In this document: positions 25,401-35,367 of the stretch, in pieces
How the letters are laid out: the number at the start of each line of letters is the position of its first letter
How positions within the stretch are numbered: position 1 is the stretch's first letter
Source of the DNA: Antedon mediterranea
Taxonomy: Eukaryota; Animalia; Echinodermata
Assembly: GCF_964355755.1 (NCBI RefSeq)
Contig: NC_092671.1
Span: forward strand, 18,352,001 to 18,416,000
Direction: 5' to 3'
DNA: 64,000 bases
Program-made: the position numbers and the translations under genes
Notes under the pieces: generated by a model
What the model was told of the DNA's origin: nothing
What the model saw: only the letters and a program-made list of their open reading frames with translations
Databases searched by the model: none

Positions 25401-28400
25401 TAGTTGAGGGCTCTGTAGTTGAGGGCTCTGTAGTTGATGGCTCAGTAGTCGATGGCTCAGTAGTCGATGGCTCTGTTGTTGATGGTTCAGTAGTTGATGG
25501 TTCAGTAGTTGAGGGCTCTGTAGTTGATGGCTCTGTTGTTGATGGTTTAGTAGTAGATCCTTCAGTAGTTGATGGCTCAGTAGTAGATTGTTCAGCAGTT
25601 GAGGGCTTTGTCATTGATGGTTCTGTAGTAAATGGTTCAGTAGATGAGGATTCAGTAGTCGATGGCTCAGTAGTTGAGAGCTCTGTAGTTGAGGGCTCTG
25701 TAGTTGATGGCTCAGTAGTTGAGGGCTCAGTAGTTGAGTGCTCTGTTGTTGATGGTTCAGTAGTTGATGGTTCAGTAGTTGAGGGCTCTGTTGTTGAGGG
25801 CTCTGTTGTTGATGGCTCAGTAGTTGATGGCTCAGTAGTTGAGGGCTCAGTAGTTGAGGGCTCAGTAGTTGAGGGCTCGGTAGTTGAGGGCTCAGTAGTT
25901 GAGGGCTCAGTAGTTGAGGACTCAGTTGTTGAGGGCTCTGTAGTTGATGGCTCTGTAGTTGATGGCTCTGTAGTTGATGGCTCTGTAGTTGATGGCTCTG
26001 TAGTAGATCCTTCAGTAGTTGATGGCTCAGTAGTTGATGGCTCAGTAGTAGATTGTTCAGTAGTTGAGGGCTCTGTCGTTGATGGTTCTGTAGTAGATAG
26101 TTCAGTAGTTGAGGATTCAGTAGTCGGTGGCTCTGTAGTAGACGGCTCTGTAGTTGATGGCTCAGTAGTTGATGGCTCAGTAGTTGAGGGTTCAGTAGTT
26201 GAGGGCTCTGTAGTTGATGGTTCAGTAGTAGATGGTTCAGTAGTCGATGGCTCTGTAGTAGACGGCTCTGTTGTTGATGACTCTGTGGTTGATGGCTCAG
26301 TAGTTGAGGGCTCTGTTGTTGATGGTTTAGTAGTAGATCCTTCAGTAGTTGATGGCTCAGTAGTTGATGGCTCATTAGTTGAGTGCTCTGTTGTTGATGG
26401 TTCAGTAGTTGATGGTTCAGTAGTTGAGGGCTCTGTTGTTGATGGTTTAGTAGTAGATCCTTCAGTAGTTGATGGCTCAGTAGTAGATTGTTCAGTAGTT
26501 GAGGGCTCTGTCGTTGATGGTTCTGTAGTAGATGGTTCAGTAGATGAGGATTTAGTAGTCGGTGTCTCTGTAGTAGACGGCTCTGTAGTTGAGGGTTCAG
26601 TAGTTGAGGGCTCTGTAGTCGATGGTTCAGTAGTTGAGGGCTCTGTCGTTGATGGTTCAGTAGTAGAAGGTTCAGTAGTAGATGGTTCAGTAGTCGATGG
26701 CGCTGTAGTAGACGGCTCTGTTGTTGATGACTCTGTGGTCGATGGCTCAGTAGTTGAGGGCTCTGTTGTTGATGATTTAGTAGTAGATCCTTCAGTAGTT
26801 GATGGCTCAGTAGTCGATGGCTCAGTAGTCGATTGTTCAGTAGTTGATTGTTCAGTAGTTGAGGATTCAGTAGTTGAGGATTCAGTAGTCGGTGGCTCTG
26901 TAGTAGACGGCTCTGTAGTTGATGGCTCAGTAGTTGAGGGTTCAGTAGTTGAGAGCTCTGTAGTTGATGGTTCAGTAGTTGAGGGCTCTGTCGTTGATGG
27001 TTCAGTAGTAGATGGTTCAGTAGTCGATGGCTCTGTAGTAGACGGCTCTGTTGTTGATGACTCTGTGGTTGATGGCTCAGTAGTTGAGGATTCAGTAGTC
27101 AAGGGCTCTGTAGTAGACGGCTCTGTAGTTGATGGCTCAGTAGTTGAGGGCTCTGTAGTTGATGGTTCAGTAGTTGAGGGCTCTGTCGTCGATGGCTCTG
27201 TAGTAGACGGCTCTGTTGTTGACGGCTCTGTCGTCGATGGCTCTGTAGTAGACGGCTCTGTTGTTGACGGCTCTGTAGTTGACGGCTCAGTAGTTGACGG
27301 CTCAGTAGTTGACGGCTCAGTAGTTGACGGCTCAGTAGTTGATGGCTCTGTAGTTGATGGCTCAGTAGTTGATGGTTCAGTAGTAGATGGCTCTGTCGTT
27401 GATGGTTCAGTAGTAGATGGTTCAGTAGTAGATGGTTCAGTAGTCGATGGCTCTGTAGTAGACGGCTCTGTTGTTGATGACTCTGTGGTTGATGGCTCAG
27501 TAGTTGATGGCTCAGTAGTTGATGGCTCAGTAGTTGATGGCTCAGTAGTAGATGGTTCAGTAGTTGAGAGATGTGTCGTCGATTGTTCAGTAGTAGATGG
27601 TTTAGTAGTTGAGGGTTCAGTAGTCGATCGCTCTGTAGTAGACGGCTCTGTTGTTGATAGCTTTGTGGTTAATGGCTCAGTAGTTGAGGGCTCTGTAGTT
27701 GATGGCTCTGTAGTTGATGGCTCAGTAGTTGAGGGCTCTGTAGTTGATGGTTCAGTAGTTGATGGCTCTGTAGTTGATGGCTCAGTAGTTGAGGGTTCAG
27801 TTGTTGAGGGCTCTGTAGTTGATGGCTCTGTAGTTGATGGCTCCGTTGTTGATAGTTCAGTGGTAGATCTTTCTGTAGTTGATGGCTCAGTAGTTGATGG
27901 CTCAGTAGTAGATTGTTCAGTAGTTGAGGGCTCTGTCGTTGATGGTTCTGTAGTAGATGGTTCAGTTGTTGAGGGTTCAGTAGTCGATGGCTCTGTAGTA
28001 GACGGCTCATTTGTTGATAGCTCTGTGGTTGATTGCTCAGTAGTTGATTGCTCAGTAGTTGAGGGGTCTGTTGTTGATAGCTTTGTGGTTAATGGCTCAG
28101 TAGTTGAGGGCTCTGTAGTTGATGGCTCTGTAGTTGATGGCTCTGTAGTTGATGGCTCAGTAGTTGAGGGCTCTGTAGTTGATGGTTCAGTAGTTGAGGG
28201 CTCAGTAGTTGATTGCTCAGTAGTTGAGGGGTCTGTTGTTGATAGCTTTATGGTTAATGGCTCAGTAGTTGAGGGCTCTGTAGTTGATGGCTCTGTAGTT
28301 GATGGCTCAGTAGTTGAGGGCTCTGTAGTTGATTGTTCAGTAGTTAAGGGCTCTGTAGTTGATGGCTCAGTAGTTGAGGGCTCAGTAGTTGAGGGCTCCG

Positions 28401-31400
28401 TTGTTGATGGTTCAGTGGTAGATCTTTCCGTAGTTGATGGCTCAGTAGTTGATGGCTCAGTAGTAGACTGTTCAGTAGTTGAGGGCTCTGTCGTTGATGG
28501 TTCTGTAGTAGATGGTTCTGTAGTAGATGGTTCTGTAGTAGATGGTTCTGTAGTAGATGGTTCAGTTGTTGAGGGTTCAGTAGTCGATGGCTCTGTAGTA
28601 GACGGCTCATTTGTTGATAGCTCTGTGGTTGATAGCTCTGTGGTTGATTGCTCAGTAGTTGATTGCTCAGTAGTTGAGGGCTCTGTAGTTGAGGGCTCAG
28701 TAGTTGAGGGCTCTGTTGTTGATGGTTCAGTAGTTGATTGTTCAGTAGTTGAAGGCTCAGTAGTAGATTGTTCAGTAGTTGAAGGCTCAGTAGTTGATGA
28801 CTCAGTAGTTGAAGGCTCAGTAGTTGATGACTCAGTAGTTGATGGCTCAGTAGTTGATGGCTCAGTAGTTGATGGCTCAGTAGTTGATGGCTCAGTAGTT
28901 GATGGCTCTGTTGTTGATGGCTCTGTTGTTGATGGCTCTGTTGTTGATGGCTCTGTTGTTGATGGCTCTGTTGTTGATGGTTCAGTAGTTGATGGCTCTG
29001 TAGTTGATGGCTCTGTAGTATATGGCTCTGTAGTAGATGGTTCAGTAGTTGAGGGTTCTGTAGTAGATGGTTCTGGAGGAACAATCGCTGAACCTGGATT
29101 TGAAATTTTAAGATAAAATGAATTAATAATTATGATATCTCTTTAGTATAGAGTTAAAAGTGAATCAGTTGGTTTAAAAATCATTAGTTTGATGTTTTGA
29201 ATTGTAGTAGTTGTGTCAAGAGATGTAACACAAACAATTAGGATTGGTACTAATAACTAATTAAATTTTCAACAGCGACAGCAACAATAATGATTATAAA
29301 TGGATATTTAATTCTTTGTTCCTTCCACAAAATGGTCTTTTGGACAGGTTGAGACCATGCATTATTGGAAGTAGAGATTTATATACAATTGAATTATGCA
29401 CAACTATTATCAATTTATAAATAAAAGATCACAAAATGTGCCTGAATTTAAACTTTCGTACTACTCTATACATACTAATACCAGTCTTGTTTATAATCAA
29501 TTCATATTTGAAAAAATGCGAGTTGGCATGCCGTATTTTTCATCTTTGGCATGCCTGGCATACCCACGTTTACAATATAGATGATAATCCCCGTGGTAAT
29601 TATAGCGACCTCTATGTCTGATGTACTGTATGGTATTTTTGTGCATCCCAATGTGTAACAGTTACAATGCAAAAAGAATTAGCCGTGTGAGACTTGACAT
29701 GAATAAAACCATTTTTGAGTGGTCACTTAGGGCTACAGTCTCGGGCAACTTACAGGATAAAGTTGCTGTCATTGCTGTTTTAACATTATATACACATGCG
29801 GACAATATCCAACAACTTTTATCCGTGTTGCTTTTCACATGATTAAATCCATTTTTTACCCCTCCTATTTGGTGTCCCCAGGGAAAATGTACAGGTCTGA
29901 TATGACCCGACAGCAATATTGATTATTGAATCTTAGTTATATATCTACATAATCAGCCCATCAAACCTTTTGTGGCTTTTCACATGAACAAACTTTCTGG
30001 GCGCCCTGTCTATTATGAAAAAAACAAAAGTGGGTCAAACCTAACCAAAAAAAAAAAGAAACAACATTAACTATTATCTTGAGCCTAACTATTAGGGGAG
30101 GAGGGGGAGATACACTATTTGAAAATAGGCGAAATATATTGATTTAATCCCAGATTGAATTAGAAGAAACAAATAATTTTTTGAACCAGGGAAGGGTACT
30201 CTTCATTAAAGGATCGTTCACATTTGTTCCGGTAAAAAAAATCGAACGTCAATTTTTCGTTTTCACGAAACTCCACACGACAATGTGATTACATTTTTTT
30301 TTTTTTTTTTTTTTTTTTAAATGCGCCTTGAGCACTCTTGAGTGGTATGTGCGCTTTAAAAATCCTGTTATTATTATTATTATTACACGCGTGAAAACGA
30401 AACATTGACGTTCGATTTGCCGGCGCCGGACCCGTGCCGGAACAGGTGTGAAAGACCCTTGATGATAGAACCGAAAATAAAACGTTGTATATTAGAAATT
30501 TATGATTATCATCAAACGAAAAAAGGAGAACTAATTATTCACTCCCTAAAAAAATTGAATATGTCATTTTAATGTCGCATAATAATTATTCACTTCAACC
30601 AAAAACTGGATCGAAAAAAAAATTATTTTCCTGAAAGAAATGTAATTTAAATCAAACAATATCTAAATTGTCTGTCAGACAATGGTTTTTGGTTGAAATT
30701 AACATATTCTTTTGGTTTTTTTTTTATAAGTGGAATTATAATAATTTTTTCTACAGACGTGAATAACTTGATTAAAACAAAATGGGCTATTCAAGGTCTG
30801 ATTTTCAGGGTTATTGGGACAATAGACCTACATCTTCAAGGAAATAAATAGGGTATACTGTATTAACTTGTGAACGCGAAAGGAAAGCATGGTGGATTGA
30901 AAGAGACCTTTTGAAGATTATTGTCCTCAAAAACATGAAAACTGAAGATTAATAAAATCAGACTTTGAATAGGTAATTTTTCATTAAGGATAAGGGTTGA
31001 TTTCCCGCATGATCGTAAATAAAACGGTACTGGGTTTCGTCTAATAGCGTTCTTGCTCTCAAATAGTCATGCATACATAGAAGTACTGATGAAAATAGGA
31101 TATACGATGTTTGATTATAATTATAGATACTAGAGGGTTCGCTCGCTTCGCTCGCGCACCCTCTACTGGGTGTACCCGAATGGTTCTCGAAAACATGACC
31201 AACGCCTCTGGAAATTGAAGCCCGGGTGACACCTATGCATATGACTGATGAGTGATGCATGTTTATTTTGTGATGTTTTGCACCTAAATTTTATTAAAAG
31301 ATTAATAAATAGAATAAATAATTAGTTCAATTAGCCTCCTACAGTAACATTGAATCGCACCTAAATTTGATAAAATGATTAATAAATAGCATAAATAATT

Positions 31401-33531
31401 AGTTCAATTACTGATCAAATTTAATTTCACGTAAAGTAAAGGCCTTTATAATTAATTAGTTGAATATCTAGGCTAAAACAAATAAATTGTAGTTCACGAT
31501 TCAGTTGAATCACTAAAATCACATTATAGTTCACGTAAAAGTAAGGCCTTCAATAAAAGTTAAATTACTAAAACAAATTGTAGTTGACGTAAAGTATATG
31601 TCTTTAATCAATATAACTGATTAGTTGAATATCTAAAACAAATTAATTTCAGTAGTTCACGATACGTTGAACCACTAAAATATTTTTGTGTTTAATATTG
31701 AATGGCGCCACCAACGGCCATTTTGCCGGAAGTGACGGACCCGAAAGTCAGTTGAACAACAGCGCGAGTGTGTGAAAATAACCATGTGATATCCACAAAT
31801 TTTGATAGGTAACGCTAACATTTTTTTTTAGACAAAAATGGAACAATAGCGTCGATGTGAAAACTAATGTTATCAAATCTACGTTTCGCGGTACATCTGA
31901 GATAGATAAGGTAGGTATCCAAGGCGGAGTTTTTGCATTGTGCTCGCCTATGTCAGAATTAACCATAATTTGTATATAGATGCGACTATATTTAAATGAT
32001 GTTCCGCATATTATAGATAGGAAGATGATGATGGTGGTTGGATGAAATGATCTTGTATATCGATTAAGACCGTCATGTGATAAATTGGTTAATCCATTAT
32101 TTTATATATATTTAATTGTTGTTATGATTATAATATTAATAAAAAAATAGAAGAAGACTATCCCCGATGATAATGCAGCATATGGGTCTGGGGTGGATGA
32201 GGCTAGTCTAGATTTTGAAGATAGGTCTTTAGGCTACTTTTTTAGCACTTAATTTTTAAATTATTAGGCTCTGGGCCTGTGTTAATTTCTAAATCAAAAT
32301 GATTCGAAAACATTATGTTGCTCAAAGTAATTGCTGACGATTTCTATAACTCAGTGAAAAATATAAATTCAATGGAAAATTACTGAAAAAAATGACAGTG
32401 CTGTAAACATTTTGTTTATGGCGTCAGAAATTTACAATTTACACAGGCGAGCGTGAACGGTAATAAAAATATAGATTGTTATTCCTTATGACCATTTTAC
32501 ACACAACAACAACGCGTCGGGCGTTTCTCATACAGACAAGCTACGCGGTTTTCCGCTTCTCCTCATATGTGTAAATTGGCAAAATTTACAAACATCAATT
32601 TGGGAATTCACAGTAATAGGTATATCAAATCGCAGGTTTTCTAAATATTGTTGTTCGGCACAATTACGTAGGTTGAAAAAAAATTAGTTTACTTGTTTGT
32701 CGCAAAAAATACTTTGTAGGTACAGGTTCATCATGTTAGTGCAATATTTGCCGCTTCGATTTTGGCTAGAACGGTATGGCTAGTTGTGGTATCGGTAGAA
32801 TCGGGTTCAACCAGTGAAGTACCAATAATTAAAAGATAATTTGATATTTTTGGAGGAAATGATGATCCTAGATGAAACCTACAAAAAATGGACGATATAA
32901 TGAACTAATTACATTTAAATTTACATTAATATCAGTTTGGTTTTGGTTACATGATGTAAAAATAAAACCTATTTATCGATTTATATAATTTTTGGATGTG
33001 GTGATTCATTTATTTTGACACAAAGGCAAATTGTTTTACTTTTACGAACTATTTTAAAACCATTGAAAGAAGAAAAAAATATTTGTGATATTAATGATTA
33101 TAAGCCAGTTTTGTGCGTTGGCATACAGTAGGCCTACTATAATTCTCATGAATTAGTTTTTAACACGCCCATGACTAATTAATTTTAAGCGTATTCAGAT
33201 AATTTACAATTAGGCTATACAAAGGCAATCCTGGTTAAAGATGTATTGTCGTACGCACCCCCCCCCCCCCCTCCCTAAAATAAAGATTAATAAAATCAGA
33301 CTTTAAATAGGCCATTTTGCAGTTTTAATAAAGTTGTTCACTTCTGTAATCCCCCAAATTTACAAGTGTAAACGTAATAAAACTCCTTTGCCTATTTTTA
33401 AGAATTACATGTTGTGCCGCATACCCCGAAGAATAAAACAACATCGCTTTCTTCAAAAACTTACCTTGTCTTAATATCATAAACAGTAAAAGGAGTTTAA
33501 TAAATCTTCCTAAAATGTATTTAATTCCCAT
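4303..33531 (-). CDS. MUC4-like giant mucin gene (signal peptide, PSTTE mucin, 2 LDLa, 2 Sushi, 2 Ca-EGF, NIDO, AMOP, VWD, EGFs); 22 exons in window, 3' end off window
   Basis: All exons below have AG acceptors and GT (one GC) donors with compatible phases; total 12,619 nt (about 4,206 codons). NIDO-AMOP-VWD-EGF order and WLFGDPH match the MUC4/SUSD2/Mesh family. Confidence 0.88.
4600..4700 (-). mobile_element. 3' fragment of the Neptune-like Penelope family, with truncated hammerhead
   Basis: Reverse complement matches about 54927-55010 (GAAGGGCTAGTGTTGCCCGAAA...) but lacks CTGA; next to a TA tract. Confidence 0.75.
5245..5426 (-). CDS. Exon 21: Ig-like end and EGF start
   Basis: GLFTWTP...VSDG...LCGCVNGGQC; 182 nt. 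Confidence 0.85.
6046..6170 (-). mobile_element. Extreme 3' end of the same Neptune-like family between TA tracts
   Basis: Reverse complement matches about 54958-55082. Confidence 0.8.
6190..6378 (-). CDS. Exon 20: cadherin/Ig-like segment
   Basis: NIPPVL...LQVSASDEKDDILTY; 189 nt. Confidence 0.8.
6828..7085 (-). CDS. Exon 19: post-VWD Cys region
   Basis: ESAFVYPDGQSF...CEGNKECLFDALAT; 258 nt. Confidence 0.87.
7354..7467 (-). CDS. Exon 18: VWD end
   Basis: GVWNGLLSDE...TESEIFDYAITW; 114 nt. Confidence 0.85.
7601..7716 (+). mobile_element. Degenerate tRNA-derived SINE-like element with short terminal inverted repeat GGAGTGGAGTTGT
   Basis: A-box-like TGGCTTGTGG, B-box-like GGTTGAAGTC; second copy on the minus strand at 34879-35404. 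Confidence 0.6.
7949..8140 (-). CDS. Exon 17: VWD
   Basis: ...DEKYKTQTSGLFG; 192 nt. Confidence 0.85.
8395..8851. repeat. 23-bp AT-rich minisatellite (ACTTATAAAAACAAATTAAAAAT)n
   Basis: About 20 copies directly abutting the exon 16 donor. Confidence 0.9.
8855..8942 (-). CDS. Exon 16: VWD
   Basis: VQFTLNADGTDIEILVNG; 88 nt, phase 0-1. Confidence 0.8.
9235..9443 (-). CDS. Exon 15: VWD start with GDPH motif
   Basis: AWLFGDPHITTLDGLGYTFNGKGEF; 209 nt. Confidence 0.92.
10007..10126 (-). CDS. Exon 14: AMOP end
   Basis: DIMPQYYCCYES...CGLYFERRPAVTCDNYIPP; 120 nt. Confidence 0.88.
10199..10340. mobile_element. MITE (PIF/Harbinger-like)
   Basis: TIR AGCTCTGTCTACACTATCAAACT / AGTTTGATAGTGTGGACAGAGCT; flanks TTA and TTT. 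Confidence 0.75.
10708..12886 (+). mobile_element. Non-autonomous Helitron family A, copy 1
   Basis: A|TCTATATA 5' end, 3' hairpin then CTAG|T; both ends shared with 47479-48799. Confidence 0.82.
12049..12794. mobile_element. Foldback non-autonomous DNA transposon (IS3EU-like) nested in Helitron A
   Basis: About 230-bp TIRs starting TACGG and ending CCGTA; GAAATC duplicated on both sides; empty site TTTGAAATCG in Helitron copy 2 (about 48693). Confidence 0.8.
13173..13364 (-). CDS. Exon 13: AMOP
   Basis: YICLQS...GTECCYRLNG; 192 nt. Confidence 0.85.
13901..14417 (-). CDS. Exon 12: NIDO end and AMOP start
   Basis: RNTFQAILLTDGQYSFAMF...GNTGRKG...CITWY...CPC; 517 nt. Confidence 0.9.
14667..14834 (-). 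CDS. Exon 11: NIDO
   Basis: EYTTD...SFSPTWVLKVTWVDI; 168 nt. Confidence 0.87.
15100..15264 (-). CDS. Exon 10: NIDO
   Basis: FTENGIFV...ISVFWTDGDLSSDIGNVFFR; 165 nt. Confidence 0.87.
15561..15700 (-). CDS. Exon 9: NIDO-region start
   Basis: EILYYPSGIENGDEEL...FGFPYGHNFLPIVY; phase 1-0. Confidence 0.85.
15732..16340. repeat. 20-bp minisatellite (TCGCTGCAATACCATTGTGC)n followed by a 24-bp repeat (CATGTACATAAATTGTACATAAAT)
   Basis: Direct inspection; fills most of the GC-AG intron. Confidence 0.9.
16364..16486 (-). CDS. Exon 8: calcium-binding EGF, ending at a GC donor
   Basis: DIDECEELTFDCFNNSYCENTEGSYNCICNDGYEGDGTFCA; donor CAG|GCAAGT; 123 nt. Confidence 0.85.
16937..17065 (-). CDS. Exon 7: calcium-binding EGF
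   Basis: DIDECLADTFTCPDRSTCSNTIGSYICNCNTGY; 129 nt. Confidence 0.9.
17251..17433 (-). CDS. Exon 6: Sushi/CCP domain
   Basis: NCENPADFENGEW...CDTGYIL...CLSG...C; 183 nt, phase 1-1. Confidence 0.85.
18495..18677 (-). CDS. Exon 5: Sushi/CCP domain (not in ORF track)
   Basis: SCAAPQTLAFG...YECYSGRTLEGNSTLICQDG...PSCL; 183 nt, phase 1-1. Confidence 0.85.
19048..19170 (-). CDS. Exon 4: LDL-receptor class A repeat
   Basis: PCNTTELRCDNALCIDKSLFCDDNINDCPDNYDE; 123 nt, phase 1-1. Confidence 0.88.
19285..19413 (-). CDS. Exon 3: LDL-receptor class A repeat
   Basis: CFNTFKACPGAGKCIPEDAFCDKVQDCDDYLDENEAAC; 129 nt, phase 1-1. Confidence 0.88.
20127..29093 (-). CDS. Exon 2: 8,967-bp mucin (PSTTE)n exon
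   Basis: Acceptor AAATCCAG|GT at 29094, donor TCAG|GTAATC at 20126; length divisible by 3; in frame with ORF 20083-27102; 15-bp repeat. Confidence 0.9.
30208..30460. mobile_element. MITE with a LINE/SINE-type 3' tail fragment inside
   Basis: Imperfect TIR AAGGATCGTTCACATTTGTTCCGG / CCGGAACAGGTGTGAAAGACCCTT; inner poly-T then GCGCCTTGAGCAC...(TTA)n. Confidence 0.6.
31130..31980 (-). mobile_element. Non-autonomous Helitron family B (complete)
   Basis: Minus strand A|TCTATATAC...GCGCGAGCGAAGCGAGCG hairpin...CTAG|T; internal AT-rich repeats; 5' part repeated at 44030-44382. Confidence 0.8.
33465..33531 (-). CDS. Exon 1: start codon and signal peptide
   Basis: MGIKYILGRFIKLLLLFMILRQ then G|GTAAGT (phase 1); splices to GSA-IVPPEPSTTE, giving a plausible signal peptide cleavage site. 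Confidence 0.75.
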
Positions 33532-33754
33532 AATGTAAAGTTAATATGTTCGTACACTATCACATAGTAAAATAAACGCACTTCATCCGATTAACTGTTT
33601 AAGGCAAGTCAGGTTTTGCATCGATGATGCTATGTCAAATTGATAATAAAAGAGAAATTACAATATAGACGTTTTGTTGAACCTTGATCAACCCTTTCGA
33701 AACCCTGTGTTAATCCGTAATCCGATGTCGCGCTTCAATTATTCATAAAAAAAA

Positions 33755-33833
33755 ACAACAATCGCTTTTTTCAAAACTTACCTTGTCTTAATACCATAAA
33801 CAGTAAAGGAGTTTAATAAATCTTCCTAAAATG
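33755..33833 (-). pseudogene. Partial duplicate of the signal-peptide exon and its donor site
   Basis: Near copy of about 33436-33517 with a 1-bp deletion and no original ATG; ends at a TA tract. Confidence 0.75.
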
Positions 33834-33880
33834 AGATATATATTATATATATATATTATATTATATATATTTATATATAT

Positions 33881-34092
33881 ATACGTTAAGTCTGGAAAAG
33901 AAGTAAAAACTACAGTTTGGTCTCTACAGGCTTGTTTCGTGAATGCTAATTTTACAAGAAGTAAATGTGCTTATAAGCAGCGTTGTAATTGATTCTTCTC
34001 ATTATAGTCTCCTGATGAGTGAGTTGCACGACTCACAAAACAAGCCTGTAGAGACCAAACTGTTTTTACTTCTTTTCCAGACTTAACGTATA
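33881..34092. mobile_element. Head-to-head pair of Penelope-type 3' ends carrying a hammerhead (core at 34007-34055, GAAA mutated to AAAA)
   Basis: GTCTC-CTGATGA-GTGAGT..ACTCAC-AAAA-CAAGCCTG-TA-GAGAC; the inverted partial copy at 33881-33945 retains GAAA; TA flanks. Confidence 0.78.
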
Positions 34093-34148
34093 TTTTAGCT
34101 CTACTTTACCGTATTGAGCACTTTCTAGACGGTTACATTGAACCGAAC

Positions 34149-34209
<61 letters not shown>

Positions 34210-34336
34210 TACAAAGCACGCTCGTTGAGCTTGCTGTGCACCCTTTGTGTTCATAATCAGTGTACATGTCCCGCATACCTGGCTCAGCCTATATTGTTGT
34301 GCCAGTTCTGCGGTACATATCATTTCAAAACATGAG

Positions 34337-34381
34337 CTGCACTGACGAGATCTAATAAGATCGAAACAGTACTGTCTGCAG
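34337..34381 (+). ncRNA. Type I hammerhead ribozyme
   Basis: CTGCA-CTGACGA-GATCT AATA AGATC-GAAA-CAGTACTG-TC-TGCAG; perfect core, GUC site. Confidence 0.92.
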
Positions 34382-34621
34382 ATTGGATATTACGATCCTC
34401 TACTTTCTGTTATATACATATGTAGTATGTTGTTTTGTAGAGCACTCTTTAGTTCGAAACGGTGCATTTTTGTTGTGAATACTATTAGCATTTTGCAAAG
34501 CACGCCCGTTGAGCTTGTGCACTCTTTGTGTTCATAACAGTGTACGGTACCATGTCCCGCATACCTGGCTCAGCCTATATATTGTGCCAGTTCTGCGGTA
34601 CATTTCATTTCGAAACCTGAG

Positions 34622-34666
34622 CTGCACTGACGAGATCTAATAAGATCGAAACAGTACTGTCTGCAG
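34622..34666 (+). ncRNA. Type I hammerhead ribozyme (second copy)
   Basis: Identical to 34337-34381. Confidence 0.92.
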
Positions 34667-34669
34667 ATT

Positions 34670-34739
<70 letters not shown>

Positions 34740-34951
34740 CATAATCTGTTTTTTTTAAACCATATTTAATGAGGGTGATCCATCCAGCAATTGCTGATCA
34801 TTAGGGACCCTCAGAGGTTCACAAGACAAACATATACACAAGATGCTCTACATAAACAAAGTCTTATTACAAGTCTTTGGGAGTGGAGTTGTAATTTTCT
34901 CATTGACATGTGACAGGACTTGAACCCAGGATCCGTGGAGTGGTAGCCAAG

Positions 34952-35367
34952 TGTCATAATATTATGTTTCTACATTCCTATGGTTAGATAATGGATGTTT
35001 TAGACTATATGTCTGCTAAATTTATAAGCCAATCATATGGTAATATTTTGGAGGGAAACTTTTGGAGGGAACATATTTTCCTCCTCTGAAGCCCTCATTT
35101 GCATGTTGAGTATATAAAGGAAATGTTATAGATTTTGAGTAGAAGAGATAATAATATCATAGTAGAAAGACGTGTAAAGCATAGAGAAGAAAGCTCTAGA
35201 CTGGTAGAAAGTTGTATTGTAATAGTAATACGGAGTTACAAGAAATAAAAGTTGATATAGTAGAATATACTATTTGTATGAGAAATTATTTAGTCTGTGT
35301 ACGGTCTCGTGGATTAATACGCCAGAGAAAGCATACGCTCGGAACCGACTCTAATAAATTCACTACA
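34952..35367 (+). mobile_element. Solo LTR inserted in a tRNA-derived SINE-like element
   Basis: TG...CA ends, 5-bp TSD CCAAG (34947-34951, 35368-35372), TATATAAA at 35111 and AATAAA near 35244; removing it restores the element seen at 7601. Confidence 0.85.

Larger units (their letters stand above)
34206..34672 (+). mobile_element. Retrozyme-like tandem (285-bp period, about 1.6 units) between TA tracts
   Basis: Two hammerheads 285 bp apart in a non-coding direct repeat. Confidence 0.85.

Noticed and set aside
20396-29116. Long + strand (VVDGS)n ORFs and alternative-frame Q/L/H-rich minus ORFs
   Set aside because: Shadow frames of the 15-bp PSTTE repeat; only the PSTTE frame has splice sites in phase with the flanking domain exons.
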